Shown here: piece after piece, positions 9,801 to 19,334 of the stretch
Layout: each line of letters opens with the position of its first letter
Position numbering within the stretch: position 1 is the stretch's first letter
NCBI GenBank assembly: GCA_943787795.1
Contig: CALSNU010000002.1
Location: forward strand, 758,158 to 822,157
Source of the DNA: an uncultured bacterium
GTDB taxonomy: Bacteria; Planctomycetota; UBA1135; GCA-002686595
DNA: 64,000 bases
Reading direction: 5' to 3'
The notes under the pieces: generated by a model
Seen by the model: only the letters and a program-made list of their open reading frames with translations
Databases searched by the model: none
Told to the model about the DNA's origin: nothing
Translations under genes and position numbers: made by a program

Positions 9801-10997
9801 ATGACCAGAAGCCGTCCCACAATCACGACCGAGGCCGCCGCCGGTGTGGCCGCCGCGCTCCTGGCGTGCGGCGTTGCGTGGGCAGGGTCCGTGGATGAAG
9901 GTGAGGGCCTCTTGGGGCGCGTGCTCCGCAGCGGAAGCCGGAACCTCCTGGGCACGGGCGTCGAGCGCAGCGCCAGCGTGCGGCTGGGGGATGTGGATGG
10001 GGACGGGGACCTGGACGCGGTGGTGGCCAACGGGCGGCACTGGCCGGCGCAGAACCTGGTGCATCTGAACCAGGGAGGGGGGCGCTTCAACGTGATCCGG
10101 CCCCTGGGGGTGGACCGGGCGACCTCCTACGCCACCGAGCTAGTGGACCTGGACGGGGACGGGGACCTGGACATCGCGGTGGGGAATGACGTGGCGCCGA
10201 ACCTGGTCTTCCTCAACGACGGGGAGGGTCGCTTTGAGCGGTCCGGGGGCTTCGGGGCGCCCACGAGCCTGCGGAGCGTGACGGCGGCGGACGTGGACGG
10301 GGACGGCGATGCGGACCTGATCCTGTGCGTGCGGAAGCGGCCCAATGAGATTCACCTCAACGACGGGTCCGGGCGCTTCACCGAGCAGCGCACCTTCGGG
10401 GCGCCGGGGGACTCGACCATCGACGTGGCGGCAGCGGACCTCGACGGAGACGGGGACCTGGATCTGGTGCTCGCGAACCGCGACGGGCAGGCGAACGCCG
10501 TGCTGCTCGGGGACGGCAAGGGCGGCTTCGAGGAGCGGCGCGAGTTCGGCTCGGGGAGCGACGAGACCCGCGCGGTGGCGGCGGCGGACCTGGACGGCGA
10601 CGGGCACGTGGACTGGGTCGCGGGCAACATCGGCCAGCGGGACGTCCTGTACTTCGGCGACGGCCAGGGGGGCGTGCGCGAGGCGGTGCCCTTCGGGCCC
10701 GAGGACGGCCGGACCTATGCCCTGGCCCTCGCGGACCTCGACCGCGACGGCGTGCTCGACGTGGTCGCGGGCCGCGCGGGACAGCCGGACGCGGCCTACT
10801 TCCGGGGTGCGCCGTCCGAGCCACTGCGGGAGCTGGTCTTCGGCGAGCCGGAGGACGTCACCTACGGCCTCGACGTCGGCGACGTCAACGGCGACGGCTA
10901 CCCCGACGTGGCGGTCGCCGTGTCGGACGGGCCCAACCGGATCTACCTCAACCTGCCCGAGAAGCCCGAGCGCCGCCGCGAGCGCAGTCCCCGATGA
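9801..10997 (+). CDS. FG-GAP/VCBS repeat beta-propeller protein
   Basis: Seven D-x-D-G-D-G-x-x-D repeats each followed by N..G.G.F. Confidence 0.9.
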   Translation: MTRSRPTITTEAAAGVAAALLACGVAWAGSVDEGEGLLGRVLRSGSRNLLGTGVERSASVRLGDVDGDGDLDAVVANGRHWPAQNLVHLNQGGGRFNVIRPLGVDRATSYATELVDLDGDGDLDIAVGNDVAPNLVFLNDGEGRFERSGGFGAPTSLRSVTAADVDGDGDADLILCVRKRPNEIHLNDGSGRFTEQRTFGAPGDSTIDVAAADLDGDGDLDLVLANRDGQANAVLLGDGKGGFEERREFGSGSDETRAVAAADLDGDGHVDWVAGNIGQRDVLYFGDGQGGVREAVPFGPEDGRTYALALADLDRDGVLDVVAGRAGQPDAAYFRGAPSEPLRELVFGEPEDVTYGLDVGDVNGDGYPDVAVAVSDGPNRIYLNLPEKPERRRERSPR

Positions 10998-12367
10998 GCG
11001 TGACCTCCCATCTCCTGAGCCTCCTCGCGCTGGCCGCGCCCCTCGCCACGCCTTCGCCTGCCCAGGACGCCCACTGGCCCGCCTTTCGGGGGCCGGGGGG
11101 GAGCGGCGTCTGTGACGATGCTCCGCTCCCCGTGAGCTGGGATGCGGACCCCGAGTCCGAGACCGCGAGCGGCGTCCTGTGGCGCGCCGAGGTGCCCGGG
11201 CTCGGCCACTCGAGCCCCATCGTCTGGGGCGACCGGGTGTACGTCTGCACGGCGGTGCCCGAGGGCGGCGTGGCGGAGCTGATGCTGGGCAAGGGCGGCC
11301 AGCCCACGGCGGCCAACGACGAGCGGCCCCACCAGTGGCTGATCCTCTGCTTCCACAAGGGGACGGGCGAGGAGCTCTGGCGGCGGGTCGTGCACGAGGG
11401 GATCCCGCGGGCCACGCGCCACGAGAAGGCGACCCAGGCGAACTCGACCCTGGCCTGCGACGGCGAGCGGCTGGTGGCCTGCCTGGGCTCCGAGGGGCTG
11501 CACTGCTTCGACCTCGAGGGCGAGCGGCTGTGGCGCAAGGACCTCGGCGTGGTGGACATCTCCAAGTACGGCATCGGCTGGGGCTACGCGAGCTCGCCGG
11601 CGCTGCACGGGGACCGCGTGGTCGTGGCCTGCGACGACCCCAAGCGGCCGTTCGTGGCGGCCTTCAACCTCTCCGACGGCGAGGAGGTCTGGCGCGTGGA
11701 CCGCGCGGGGATCTGCGAGCGCAGCTGGGGCACGCCCTTCGTCCACGCCTCCGAGGGCCGGATCCAGGTGGTGGTGAACGGCTGGCCGGTGGTGGCCTCC
11801 TACGACCTCGAGGACGGCGCGGAGCTCTGGCGCATCGAGGGCGGGGGCGACAACCCGATCCCGACCCCCTTCGCCGCCGACGGCCACATCGTCGTCGCCA
11901 GCGCCCACGGCCCCATGTCGCCCATCTACATGGTGCGCCCCGGCGCCGAGGGCAACATCACGCCGAGCAAGCGCGAGCCCTCCAACGAAGGCCTGCTTTG
12001 GAGCACCACCCGCGGGGGCTCTTACATGTCCACGCCCGTGGTCTACCGGGGCGTCGTCTTCCTGGGCAGCTCCAGCATGGCCAGCGCCTTCGACGCCCGC
12101 ACGGGCGAGCGCCTCTTCAAGGAGCGCCTGGGCCCGAACACCGCGATCATCGCCTCCCCCGTCGCCGGCGACGGCAAGGTCTACCTCACCTCCGAGGAGG
12201 GCAACGTCCACGTCCTCGAGGCCGGCGCTGAGTTCAAGGTCCTTGCGACCTGTCCCCTGGGCGAGCCCTGCTTCGCGACCCCGGCGATCTCGGAGGGGAC
12301 CCTGTTCTTCCGGACCACCGGGAGCCTGATCGCCATCGGTGCGCAGCCGACGGCGAAGGGTGACTGA
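10994..12367 (+). CDS. PQQ-binding-like beta-propeller protein
   Basis: Signal peptide; WPAFRGP, GHSSPIVWGD, ASSP, TGEELW repeats; ATGA overlap with the upstream gene. Confidence 0.9.
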   Translation: MSVTSHLLSLLALAAPLATPSPAQDAHWPAFRGPGGSGVCDDAPLPVSWDADPESETASGVLWRAEVPGLGHSSPIVWGDRVYVCTAVPEGGVAELMLGKGGQPTAANDERPHQWLILCFHKGTGEELWRRVVHEGIPRATRHEKATQANSTLACDGERLVACLGSEGLHCFDLEGERLWRKDLGVVDISKYGIGWGYASSPALHGDRVVVACDDPKRPFVAAFNLSDGEEVWRVDRAGICERSWGTPFVHASEGRIQVVVNGWPVVASYDLEDGAELWRIEGGGDNPIPTPFAADGHIVVASAHGPMSPIYMVRPGAEGNITPSKREPSNEGLLWSTTRGGSYMSTPVVYRGVVFLGSSSMASAFDARTGERLFKERLGPNTAIIASPVAGDGKVYLTSEEGNVHVLEAGAEFKVLATCPLGEPCFATPAISEGTLFFRTTGSLIAIGAQPTAKGD

Positions 12368-12539
12368 GGAGCGCCGATTCCGTCCTCAGCCCTCCGGCGC
12401 GAGCCGGTGTAGGCGGGGGCAGCCCCTCGGATCGGCCTTCGGTCGTCGTGCCGCATGGCGGCGATCGATAAGCCACGCTTTGCGCGTGGCCATGGAGCAT
12501 TGCCTCGCCCTCTGATCCGCCAGCCCTAGGGTCAAGGGG

Positions 12540-13070
12540 ATGGAGGACACGCTCACCACCAAGGCCTCGAGGCCACGCCTCGCCCTGATCGCGGTCGCGC
12601 TCATGTCGACCTTGTTCGCGGGTTGCGCTTCGATGTCGTTCCCGCGGGATTACTTCGACGGGAAGTCGTTCCGCGAGACGGTTCGAGAGGGCAACCCCGA
12701 GATCGCCACGCTCCCTGATGGCCACCACGTGCTCTACCGGATGTGGGAGGGGGATCAGCACCCGACCGATCATCCCGTCAAGTTTGGTGAGGGCCGGATC
12801 GAGGACGGCGAGTGCGAGGGGCCTTGGGTCTTCTACCACCCCTTCATACCCCGGGGGACCCGCTCGGCGGCAAAGGGCACCATGGTGAAGGGCCAGTTTC
12901 ACGGGGACACGACCTTCCACTGGCCCAACGGCCGCCTCAGGTTCCGATGCCACCTCGTTCACGGGAAGGCCGACGGGCGCGTCGAGTTCTACTGGGCCAA
13001 CGGCACGACCCTGGCCGCCGTCTCCGAGTGGAAGATGGGTCGGTTGGTGAGCGCGCGCAAATTGCAGTAG
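12540..13070 (+). CDS. Lipoprotein with MORN-variant (YwqK-like) repeats
   Basis: Lipobox LFAGC; G..HG..TFHWPNG and GKADG...YWANG repeats. Confidence 0.6.
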   Translation: MEDTLTTKASRPRLALIAVALMSTLFAGCASMSFPRDYFDGKSFRETVREGNPEIATLPDGHHVLYRMWEGDQHPTDHPVKFGEGRIEDGECEGPWVFYHPFIPRGTRSAAKGTMVKGQFHGDTTFHWPNGRLRFRCHLVHGKADGRVEFYWANGTTLAAVSEWKMGRLVSARKLQ

Positions 13071-13212
13071 CCGCCGGAGAGCGGCGCCGATCACCGGACC
13101 AAGTGGGCGACCGCTACGTCTATCCGGTCCACCACCGCGGTGGCGATATCGTGGGTGTCAAAGCGGTCGAGCGCTGACCGGAATCAGCTCGACCTGGAGG
13201 CGACCTCTCCGA

Positions 13213-14637
13213 TCAGTCCCCCGGCGCGAGCTCGACGCACACGAGCTCGTCCTGGCTGCGCATGAGGATGCGGGTGCCGGAGACGGCGGGGGGGGCCCAG
13301 AGCTGGCCGTCGCGGGCGCGGATCTCGAAGGGGTCGAAGCGGCCGAGCTCCTCGTAGGCCTTGGGGGTCGCGCGGGCGGCGACGAGGGTGCCCTTGTAGC
13401 CGTCCTGGATGAGGAAGGCGTCGGCAACCTGGACCATGCCGCCGCGGCCGAAGTTGGGGTCGTCGCCGGTGCGCCAGAGCTCCTCGCCCTCCAGGCTGAA
13501 GCAGACCAGGCCGCCCTCGGAGCGTCGGCGTCGGCTGCCGTTCCAGTTCTCGTTCGCGAGGACGAAGATGTGCCCGTCGTGGAGGATGGGCTGGTGGGTC
13601 TGGGACCCGCGCGTGGACCGGAAGGCCTCGTCGACGCGCTCGACGTCCCACGGCTCGCCCTCGTCCTCCTGGACCCAGAGCGGATTCAGCAGCACGGAGC
13701 CAGCGCGGTAGCCGCCGGTCATGAAGACCTGGTTGCGGTCCTCACCCACGAGGACCGGCTGGGGGACCGGGAGCCCGCACAGGGTCAGGTCGTGGCGCCA
13801 GAGCGTCTTCCCGGTGGCGGGGTCCAGGGACCAGAGGATGGACGGCGCGGGCTGGTCGCGGCCCGAGGCGGTTTCCTTGCAGGCGTTGAGCAGGAGCTGC
13901 CACCGACCCATGAGGCGCACGAGCGTGGGGGAGGAGTGGGTGTAGCCCAGGTGCTCCGAGCGCCAGCGCACCTCGCCGGTCGCGCGGTCGAGGGCCACGA
14001 GCCCGACGTCCTTGCTCAGGGGCGCCGCGAACACGAGGTCCTCGAAGACCACGGGGTGCACGCACCAGCCGAACATGGGCTTGCGCCCGCCGAGGGTCTC
14101 CGCCACGTCGACCTTCCAGATGAGCTCGCGCTTGGTCCGGTCGAAGCAGGCCACCGGCCCGAAGCCGCTGGTCGTGTAGACGCGATCCCCGACCACCGTC
14201 GGCACCGTGCGCGAGCCGTCGTAGTTGAGCCGGCCCTCCTGGGGGTAGCCGGCCGACCACAGCTCCTCGCCGGAGTCGAGGTCGAAGACCCGCAGCACGT
14301 CGCGCTCGCCGCGCTCGTGGTCGAACAGGAACACCTCGCCGCCCGCGATCGCTGCGCCCCCGTACCCGCCGCCGGCGGGCTGTCGCCAGAGGACCTTCGG
14401 GCCGGCCTCGGGCCAGGAGAAGGTCTCCTCGGGCCAGGGCGCCACGGCCGTGCCCTCGGGGCCCAGGTAGCGCGGCCAGTCGCTGGCCGCGGGAGCCTCG
14501 GTCGCGGGAGCCTCGGTCGCCGCGTCGGTGGACGGCGCGGTGGACGGCGCGGTGGACGGCACGGTGGACGGCACGGCGGGGTCGGGGACGGACTGGGCGG
14601 CCGCGAGGAGCGCGGCGCAGAGGAGGATGCTGTTCAT
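13213..14637 (-). CDS. PQQ-binding-like beta-propeller protein
   Basis: Start MNSILLCAALLAAAQ; DWPRYLGP, SGEELW, TGEVRW, WAPPAVSG; Pro/Ser/Thr linker encoded by tandem repeats. Confidence 0.88.
   Translation of the reverse strand: MNSILLCAALLAAAQSVPDPAVPSTVPSTAPSTAPSTDAATEAPATEAPAASDWPRYLGPEGTAVAPWPEETFSWPEAGPKVLWRQPAGGGYGGAAIAGGEVFLFDHERGERDVLRVFDLDSGEELWSAGYPQEGRLNYDGSRTVPTVVGDRVYTTSGFGPVACFDRTKRELIWKVDVAETLGGRKPMFGWCVHPVVFEDLVFAAPLSKDVGLVALDRATGEVRWRSEHLGYTHSSPTLVRLMGRWQLLLNACKETASGRDQPAPSILWSLDPATGKTLWRHDLTLCGLPVPQPVLVGEDRNQVFMTGGYRAGSVLLNPLWVQEDEGEPWDVERVDEAFRSTRGSQTHQPILHDGHIFVLANENWNGSRRRRSEGGLVCFSLEGEELWRTGDDPNFGRGGMVQVADAFLIQDGYKGTLVAARATPKAYEELGRFDPFEIRARDGQLWAPPAVSGTRILMRSQDELVCVELAPGD
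14488..14575. repeat. In-frame tandem repeats (15-bp x~2, 12-bp x4) encoding ATEAP / PST(A/V)
   Basis: CGCGGGAGCCTCGGT and GTGGACGGC(A/G)CG units. Confidence 0.8.
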
Positions 14638-14788
14638 GGGGGCGTGGGGCTGCGGCGCCCGAGGATACGCCGCCCCCTCCCCTGGAGGTGTCAGGCCCGT
14701 CCCTGGCGGTGTCAGGGATACGTCACGGGCCCGTGGTTGTCCCCGGGCGGGTATCGCCCTCGGCCCCGTGCCCTCGCGGGGCGGCCCC

Positions 14789-17036
14789 TCAGCGCTCGAA
14801 CCGGAGCACGACGCCCTCCGCGTCGCTCGCCACGAATTCGAGGACGGCGGGCTCGAGGACGGCGGGGTCCGGCGCGGCCTCGCTCCCGCTCCCCGGCTCC
14901 GCGGCCGGCGCGCTGGGCGGGTTGGGGAACTTGGCCACCAGGTCGACCTCGCCCTGCTCGGACGAGGTCGAGGCGGAAGGCCCCGGCCTCGTCCGTCCGC
15001 GCGGCCATCAGGGCGTTGTCCTTCCGCTGCGGGGCGCCGCTGCGGTAGGCGAGGACCTGGGCGCCGGCGACGGGGGCGCCGCCCGAGTCCTCGACCCGGC
15101 CGGTGAGCGACACCAGCTCTTGCAGGACGAGCTCCACGTCGGAGTCGCCGGCGCGGGCCCGGGCGGTGGGGCTGGCGCCGAGGCGCGCGTCGGGGTGGTA
15201 CCAGTTGTAGGAGGCGACGATGGTGAAGAGCTCCACCTCGCCCATGGCCTCGGTGACGCCGACGAGCTCGAAGCGGCCGCCCGCGCCGGAGCGGGCCCGG
15301 ATCCTCGGCGTGTCGGGGCCGCCCGCGACCTGGACGAAGACCCCCGTGGCGGGTGAGCGGTCCGGGGTGAGGACGACGCCGGTGATGGGGGTCCCGAGCT
15401 CCAGGCGGAGCGTCACGCCGTCCACCTGCTGGCCCTCCGAGAGCTCCACGGTCTGCTCGTCGTTCGCGCTGGGCTGGCCCTGGACGGCGGCCGTCACCTT
15501 CATGGTGCCCCCGGGCACGTCGTCGAAGTGGAAGCGGCCGTCGGCGTCGGTGCGGGACTCGCGCACCGTGGTGACCCAGGTGTTCTTGATGCCCTCGCCG
15601 TCTGGCCGGAAGCGCCCGAGGTCGTCGTTGGCGCCGCGGAGCTTCACGGAGTGCTCGGGGATGGGCACGCCCGACGCGGTGGTCAGGGTCCCCTCGATGC
15701 GGCCGCCGGGGTGGAGCACGAGGTCCCCGACGTCGACCCGCTCGCGGTCCGCCTCGTCCGCGGGGAAGTCGTAGACGCGCGTGCCGTGGCCGCCCTTCTT
15801 CAGGAAGAGCTGGTGGTCCACCAGGGGGTGCAGGGACGTGAGCGCGAAGCGCCCGTCGGCGCCCGTGAGGACCGAGACCCAGTCCGTCCTGGAGACGCTC
15901 TCGGCCTTCTTCGTGCCGGAGCCGGCCACGTAGACGCCCTCGAGCGGGTTGCCCTCGGGGTCGACCACCCGGCCCGTCGCGACGCGGCCCGCGCGCAGCA
16001 CGAAGTCGACGCGGGTGTCGGCGGAGAGCTCGGCGAACGGGAGCTTCGCTCGCTCGCCGCCGTACCCCTCCGCGCGCGCTCGCAGGTCCGAGAGGTCCCG
16101 GCGCCGGACGCCGCCCACGCCCACGAGCTCGTACTCGCCCTCGAGGTTCGTGGTCCCGGAGCGCTTGAAGGACCCGCCGAGCCCGACCTCGGCGCCCGGG
16201 ATCGGGGTCCCGCTGGGGTCCTTCACGACGCCGTGGATGCGCACCCCGGGGTCCAGGGCCAGGTCCACCCGGGTCCGCACGCCGGCCCGTAGCTCGACCC
16301 GCTGGTCCGGAGGCACCGCGGCGTCCACGGGCGTGACCTGCAGGGTGACCAGGCCGGGGGGGAGGTCCTCGAAGAGGAACTCCCCGGCGAGGCCGGTGCG
16401 CGCGCGGCACAGCTCGAGCCGGCGGTCACCCCGGCCGAGGATCAGGGCGCCCTCCACCGGGGCGCCGTCCGTCGCGCGGGTCAGCGTGCCCTCGAGGATC
16501 GCCGCCTCCGCGAGCTGCAGTACCAGGTCCTCCCCCGCGAAGACGTGAGACCGGCGCGCCAGGGCGTGCCCCGCCGCGCGGGCCTCGAGGTCCAGGGGGA
16601 CGGCGGTCGGGGCGGCCAGCTCGAAGCGCCCCGCCGCGTCGGTCGCGCCCTCCGCCACCTCCTCGCGCGCCTCCCGCTCGTTCATGTCGGGGATGCGGAA
16701 CTCGGAGTGGACCCGGCGCGTGACGAACACCTTTGCGCCGGGGAGCGGCGCGCCGGAGGTCGCGCTCAGCACGATCCCCGACAGAAGGCCGTCGTGCGAG
16801 GGCGGCGCGGCCGACGCCTCGGTCGCCTCCGTTTCGTTGGCAACGCCTGCCGCGACCCGAGCCTCGTCCACCCCGAGCTCTGGCAGGTCCGTCTCACCGA
16901 GGTCCGCCGCCTCGGTCACGGCCGAGGCGCCGGACAGCAGCGGACCGTCAGGGGCCTCCGACCCTTGGAGGGCGAACCAGCCGAGCGCGGCGACGAGCGC
17001 CGCCGCGAGGGCGAGGGGGGCCTTGCGAGCGAACAT
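14789..17036 (-). CDS. Carboxypeptidase-regulatory-like (prealbumin-fold) repeat protein; apparent frameshift near 14960
   Basis: N-terminal anchor; repeated G.V.D..G.P..GA.V...TD..G.F units. After AFRLDL the sensible continuation (EQGEVDLVAK...GVVLRFER*) is in another frame, ending at 14789. Confidence 0.8.
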
Positions 17037-17125
17037 GGGCTCAGTGTTCCACGGGCGAGGCCCGGAGTCGGGCGTCGTGTCGTGGGCCTACCGTGATTTG
17101 TCGTAAGCGGACCTCTTGGGGCCAC

Positions 17126-19108
17126 TCAGCGGTCGCTGACGGTGACGCCGATCTCGGCTGCGGAGGCCCAGGGGCCGCCCTTGTTCTCGGAGAGGACGCG
17201 GACGCGCACGTAGCGGGCGGGGACGGGGGCGGGGAGGTCGAGGCGCTGGCCCTTGCGCAGGCGCTTGAAGGTGGTGGCGGCCGCGGGCGTCTCGGGGAAG
17301 CGCTCGGGGTCGGTGGAGAGGTAGAGCTCGGTCTCGGCGAAGGCGCCGTTCCAGCCTCCGTCCTGTCGGGCGAGGTAGCGCAGGCCGGTGACGGCGCGCA
17401 CGGCGCCCAGGTCGATCACGAGCTCGTGGGGGTGCCTCTCAAGCACGTCGGAGAAGCGCGTGTGCCAGATGGTGCTGGGGTCCCCGTCGATAGCGCGGGC
17501 GGCGAGCTTGCCGTTGGCCTCGTTCTGGCTGCTGAAGGAGACGACGGTCATGTCGGCGGCGGGCAGCAGGTCCTTGCCCTTGAGCTGGTTGGGCTTGCCC
17601 TTGGGCCTCCTCGGCGCGGGGCGGTCGGGGGACGTGCCCCACTTGGCGTCGCGGTCCTTCTCGTGGCGGGCGCGGGCGGGGTCGTGGTAGGTGCCGGGCC
17701 GGGCGGGGGTGAACTCACGGGCGGCGATGGCGGCCATGGCGGCGATCCGCTCGGGATGCTCGGCGGCGAGGTCGCGCTCCTCGCTCACGTCGCTGGCGAG
17801 GTCGTAGAGGGTCCAGGTCCCGGTGCCGCCCGCGAGCACCTGGTCCCAGCCGCCCCCGCCCTTGCGGGAGAGCAGGCCCTTCCAGTCGCCCATGCGCACC
17901 GCCAGCTGGCTGCCGAACTCCCAGTAGAGGAAGTCGTGCTCCGGCTGGTCGCCGGAGGCCAGCAGCGTCGGCGCGATGGACATGCCGTCGATGCCCTCGG
18001 GGGAGGTCGCGCCGGTGAGCGCGGCGATGGTGGGGAGCACGTCGGGCTGGTAGAAGACCAGGTCGCTCACCGTCCCGGCGGGGATGTGGCCCGGCCAGCG
18101 GGCCATGGAGGGGATGCGCAGGCCGCCCTCGAAGAGGTTGCCCTTGCCGCCCCGGAACTCCACGCCCGTGCGCGGGTCCACGTTGGGGCCGAAGAAGCCC
18201 CGCGGGTGGTCGGGGGAGCGGAAGCGGTCCTGGCCGCCGTTGTCCCCGGTGAAGAAGACCACGGTGTTGTCGTCGAGGCCGAGCTCGTCGAGGAGCTCGA
18301 GCACCTGGCCGAGGTTGCGGTCCACGAGGCTCACCATGGCCGCGTAGTTCTTCACGTCCTGCTTCACGTCGTCCCGCTGCATCCACTCGTCGTCCTCGTA
18401 GAGCGCCCACACCGGGTCGTCCTCGGGGATGTCGTACATGCCGTGGGGCGGCGTGATGGGCAGGTAGCAGAAGAAGGGCTCGTCCTCGTGCTCGCGGATG
18501 AAGTCGAGGCTGGCGTCCATGATCTCGTAGTGCGAGTAGGTCTCGCCGCTGCGGCCGCCGACGTTGCCTGCCAGCGGCACCTCCTCGCTGTTCCGCACCA
18601 GGTACGGCGGATAGAAGGAGTGGGCGTGGACCTGGTCGTAGTACCCGAAGAACGTGTCGAAGCCGTGCTCCTCCGGGACGCCCGTGGAGTCGCGCCCGCC
18701 GCAGCCCCACTTGCCGAAGCCGCCGGTGGCGTAGCCCTGCTCCTTGAGCATGGAGGCGATGGTCGGCTCGCCTTCTCGGAGCGGTGTGCCGCCGTCATTG
18801 GCGCGCACCGAGGCGTGGCCCGCATGCAGCCCCGTCATCAGGTTGCAGCGCAGGGGGGCGCAGACGGGTGAGCCCGCATAGGCGCGGGTGAAGCGCATGC
18901 CTTCGGTGGCGAACCGGTCGATGTTGGGCGTCCGGATGTAGGGATTGCCCATGTGCCCCAGCTCGAAGTAAGCGAGCTCGTCGCTCAACACATAGACGAT
19001 GTTCGGGCGCGTCTCGCCCTCCCCGGCAGTCTCTGCTCGGTGGGCCTCGGAGGAGGCGGAGCAGGCGAGGATGAGCAGGGAGGCGAGGAGCAGGGGGCGT
19101 TGGTGCAT
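17126..19108 (-). CDS. Arylsulfatase with C-terminal discoidin (F5/8 type C) domain
   Basis: RPNIV, TPNIDR, CAPLR (CxPxR) + LMTG, GKWG, GDNG, GGKG; C-terminal AIDGDPSTIWHT...IDLG...AEI; lipobox-like LILAC. Confidence 0.93.
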   Translation of the reverse strand: MHQRPLLLASLLILACSASSEAHRAETAGEGETRPNIVYVLSDELAYFELGHMGNPYIRTPNIDRFATEGMRFTRAYAGSPVCAPLRCNLMTGLHAGHASVRANDGGTPLREGEPTIASMLKEQGYATGGFGKWGCGGRDSTGVPEEHGFDTFFGYYDQVHAHSFYPPYLVRNSEEVPLAGNVGGRSGETYSHYEIMDASLDFIREHEDEPFFCYLPITPPHGMYDIPEDDPVWALYEDDEWMQRDDVKQDVKNYAAMVSLVDRNLGQVLELLDELGLDDNTVVFFTGDNGGQDRFRSPDHPRGFFGPNVDPRTGVEFRGGKGNLFEGGLRIPSMARWPGHIPAGTVSDLVFYQPDVLPTIAALTGATSPEGIDGMSIAPTLLASGDQPEHDFLYWEFGSQLAVRMGDWKGLLSRKGGGGWDQVLAGGTGTWTLYDLASDVSEERDLAAEHPERIAAMAAIAAREFTPARPGTYHDPARARHEKDRDAKWGTSPDRPAPRRPKGKPNQLKGKDLLPAADMTVVSFSSQNEANGKLAARAIDGDPSTIWHTRFSDVLERHPHELVIDLGAVRAVTGLRYLARQDGGWNGAFAETELYLSTDPERFPETPAAATTFKRLRKGQRLDLPAPVPARYVRVRVLSENKGGPWASAAEIGVTVSDR

Positions 19109-19334
19109 GCTTCTGGTCTAGCACAGTGAAGCGCGGCCTGCTCGTCAGTCGATAGACTGCGCCCTAGCATTCGCCGCAATCGCGCCCGATCGGGTGAGGC
19201 CGCTGTATCCGGGGACTCCCATCGACGGATTGAAGCGCCCGGCGACCCACCTCACGTGAAGCCCGTAGCCGCCTCGGCCCCGGCTGCGAATTATCAACCT
19301 CGGCTCCTCGGTCTCGGTTCCCCTACCCCTGCCC

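Noticed and set aside
12540..13070. Toxin-antitoxin module
   Set aside because: MORN-variant lipoprotein with no adjacent toxin gene.
13213..16410. 1065-aa ORF as a single protein
   Set aside because: Only the part from ATG 14637 is protein-like; the upstream part is an off-frame reading of the neighbouring gene.
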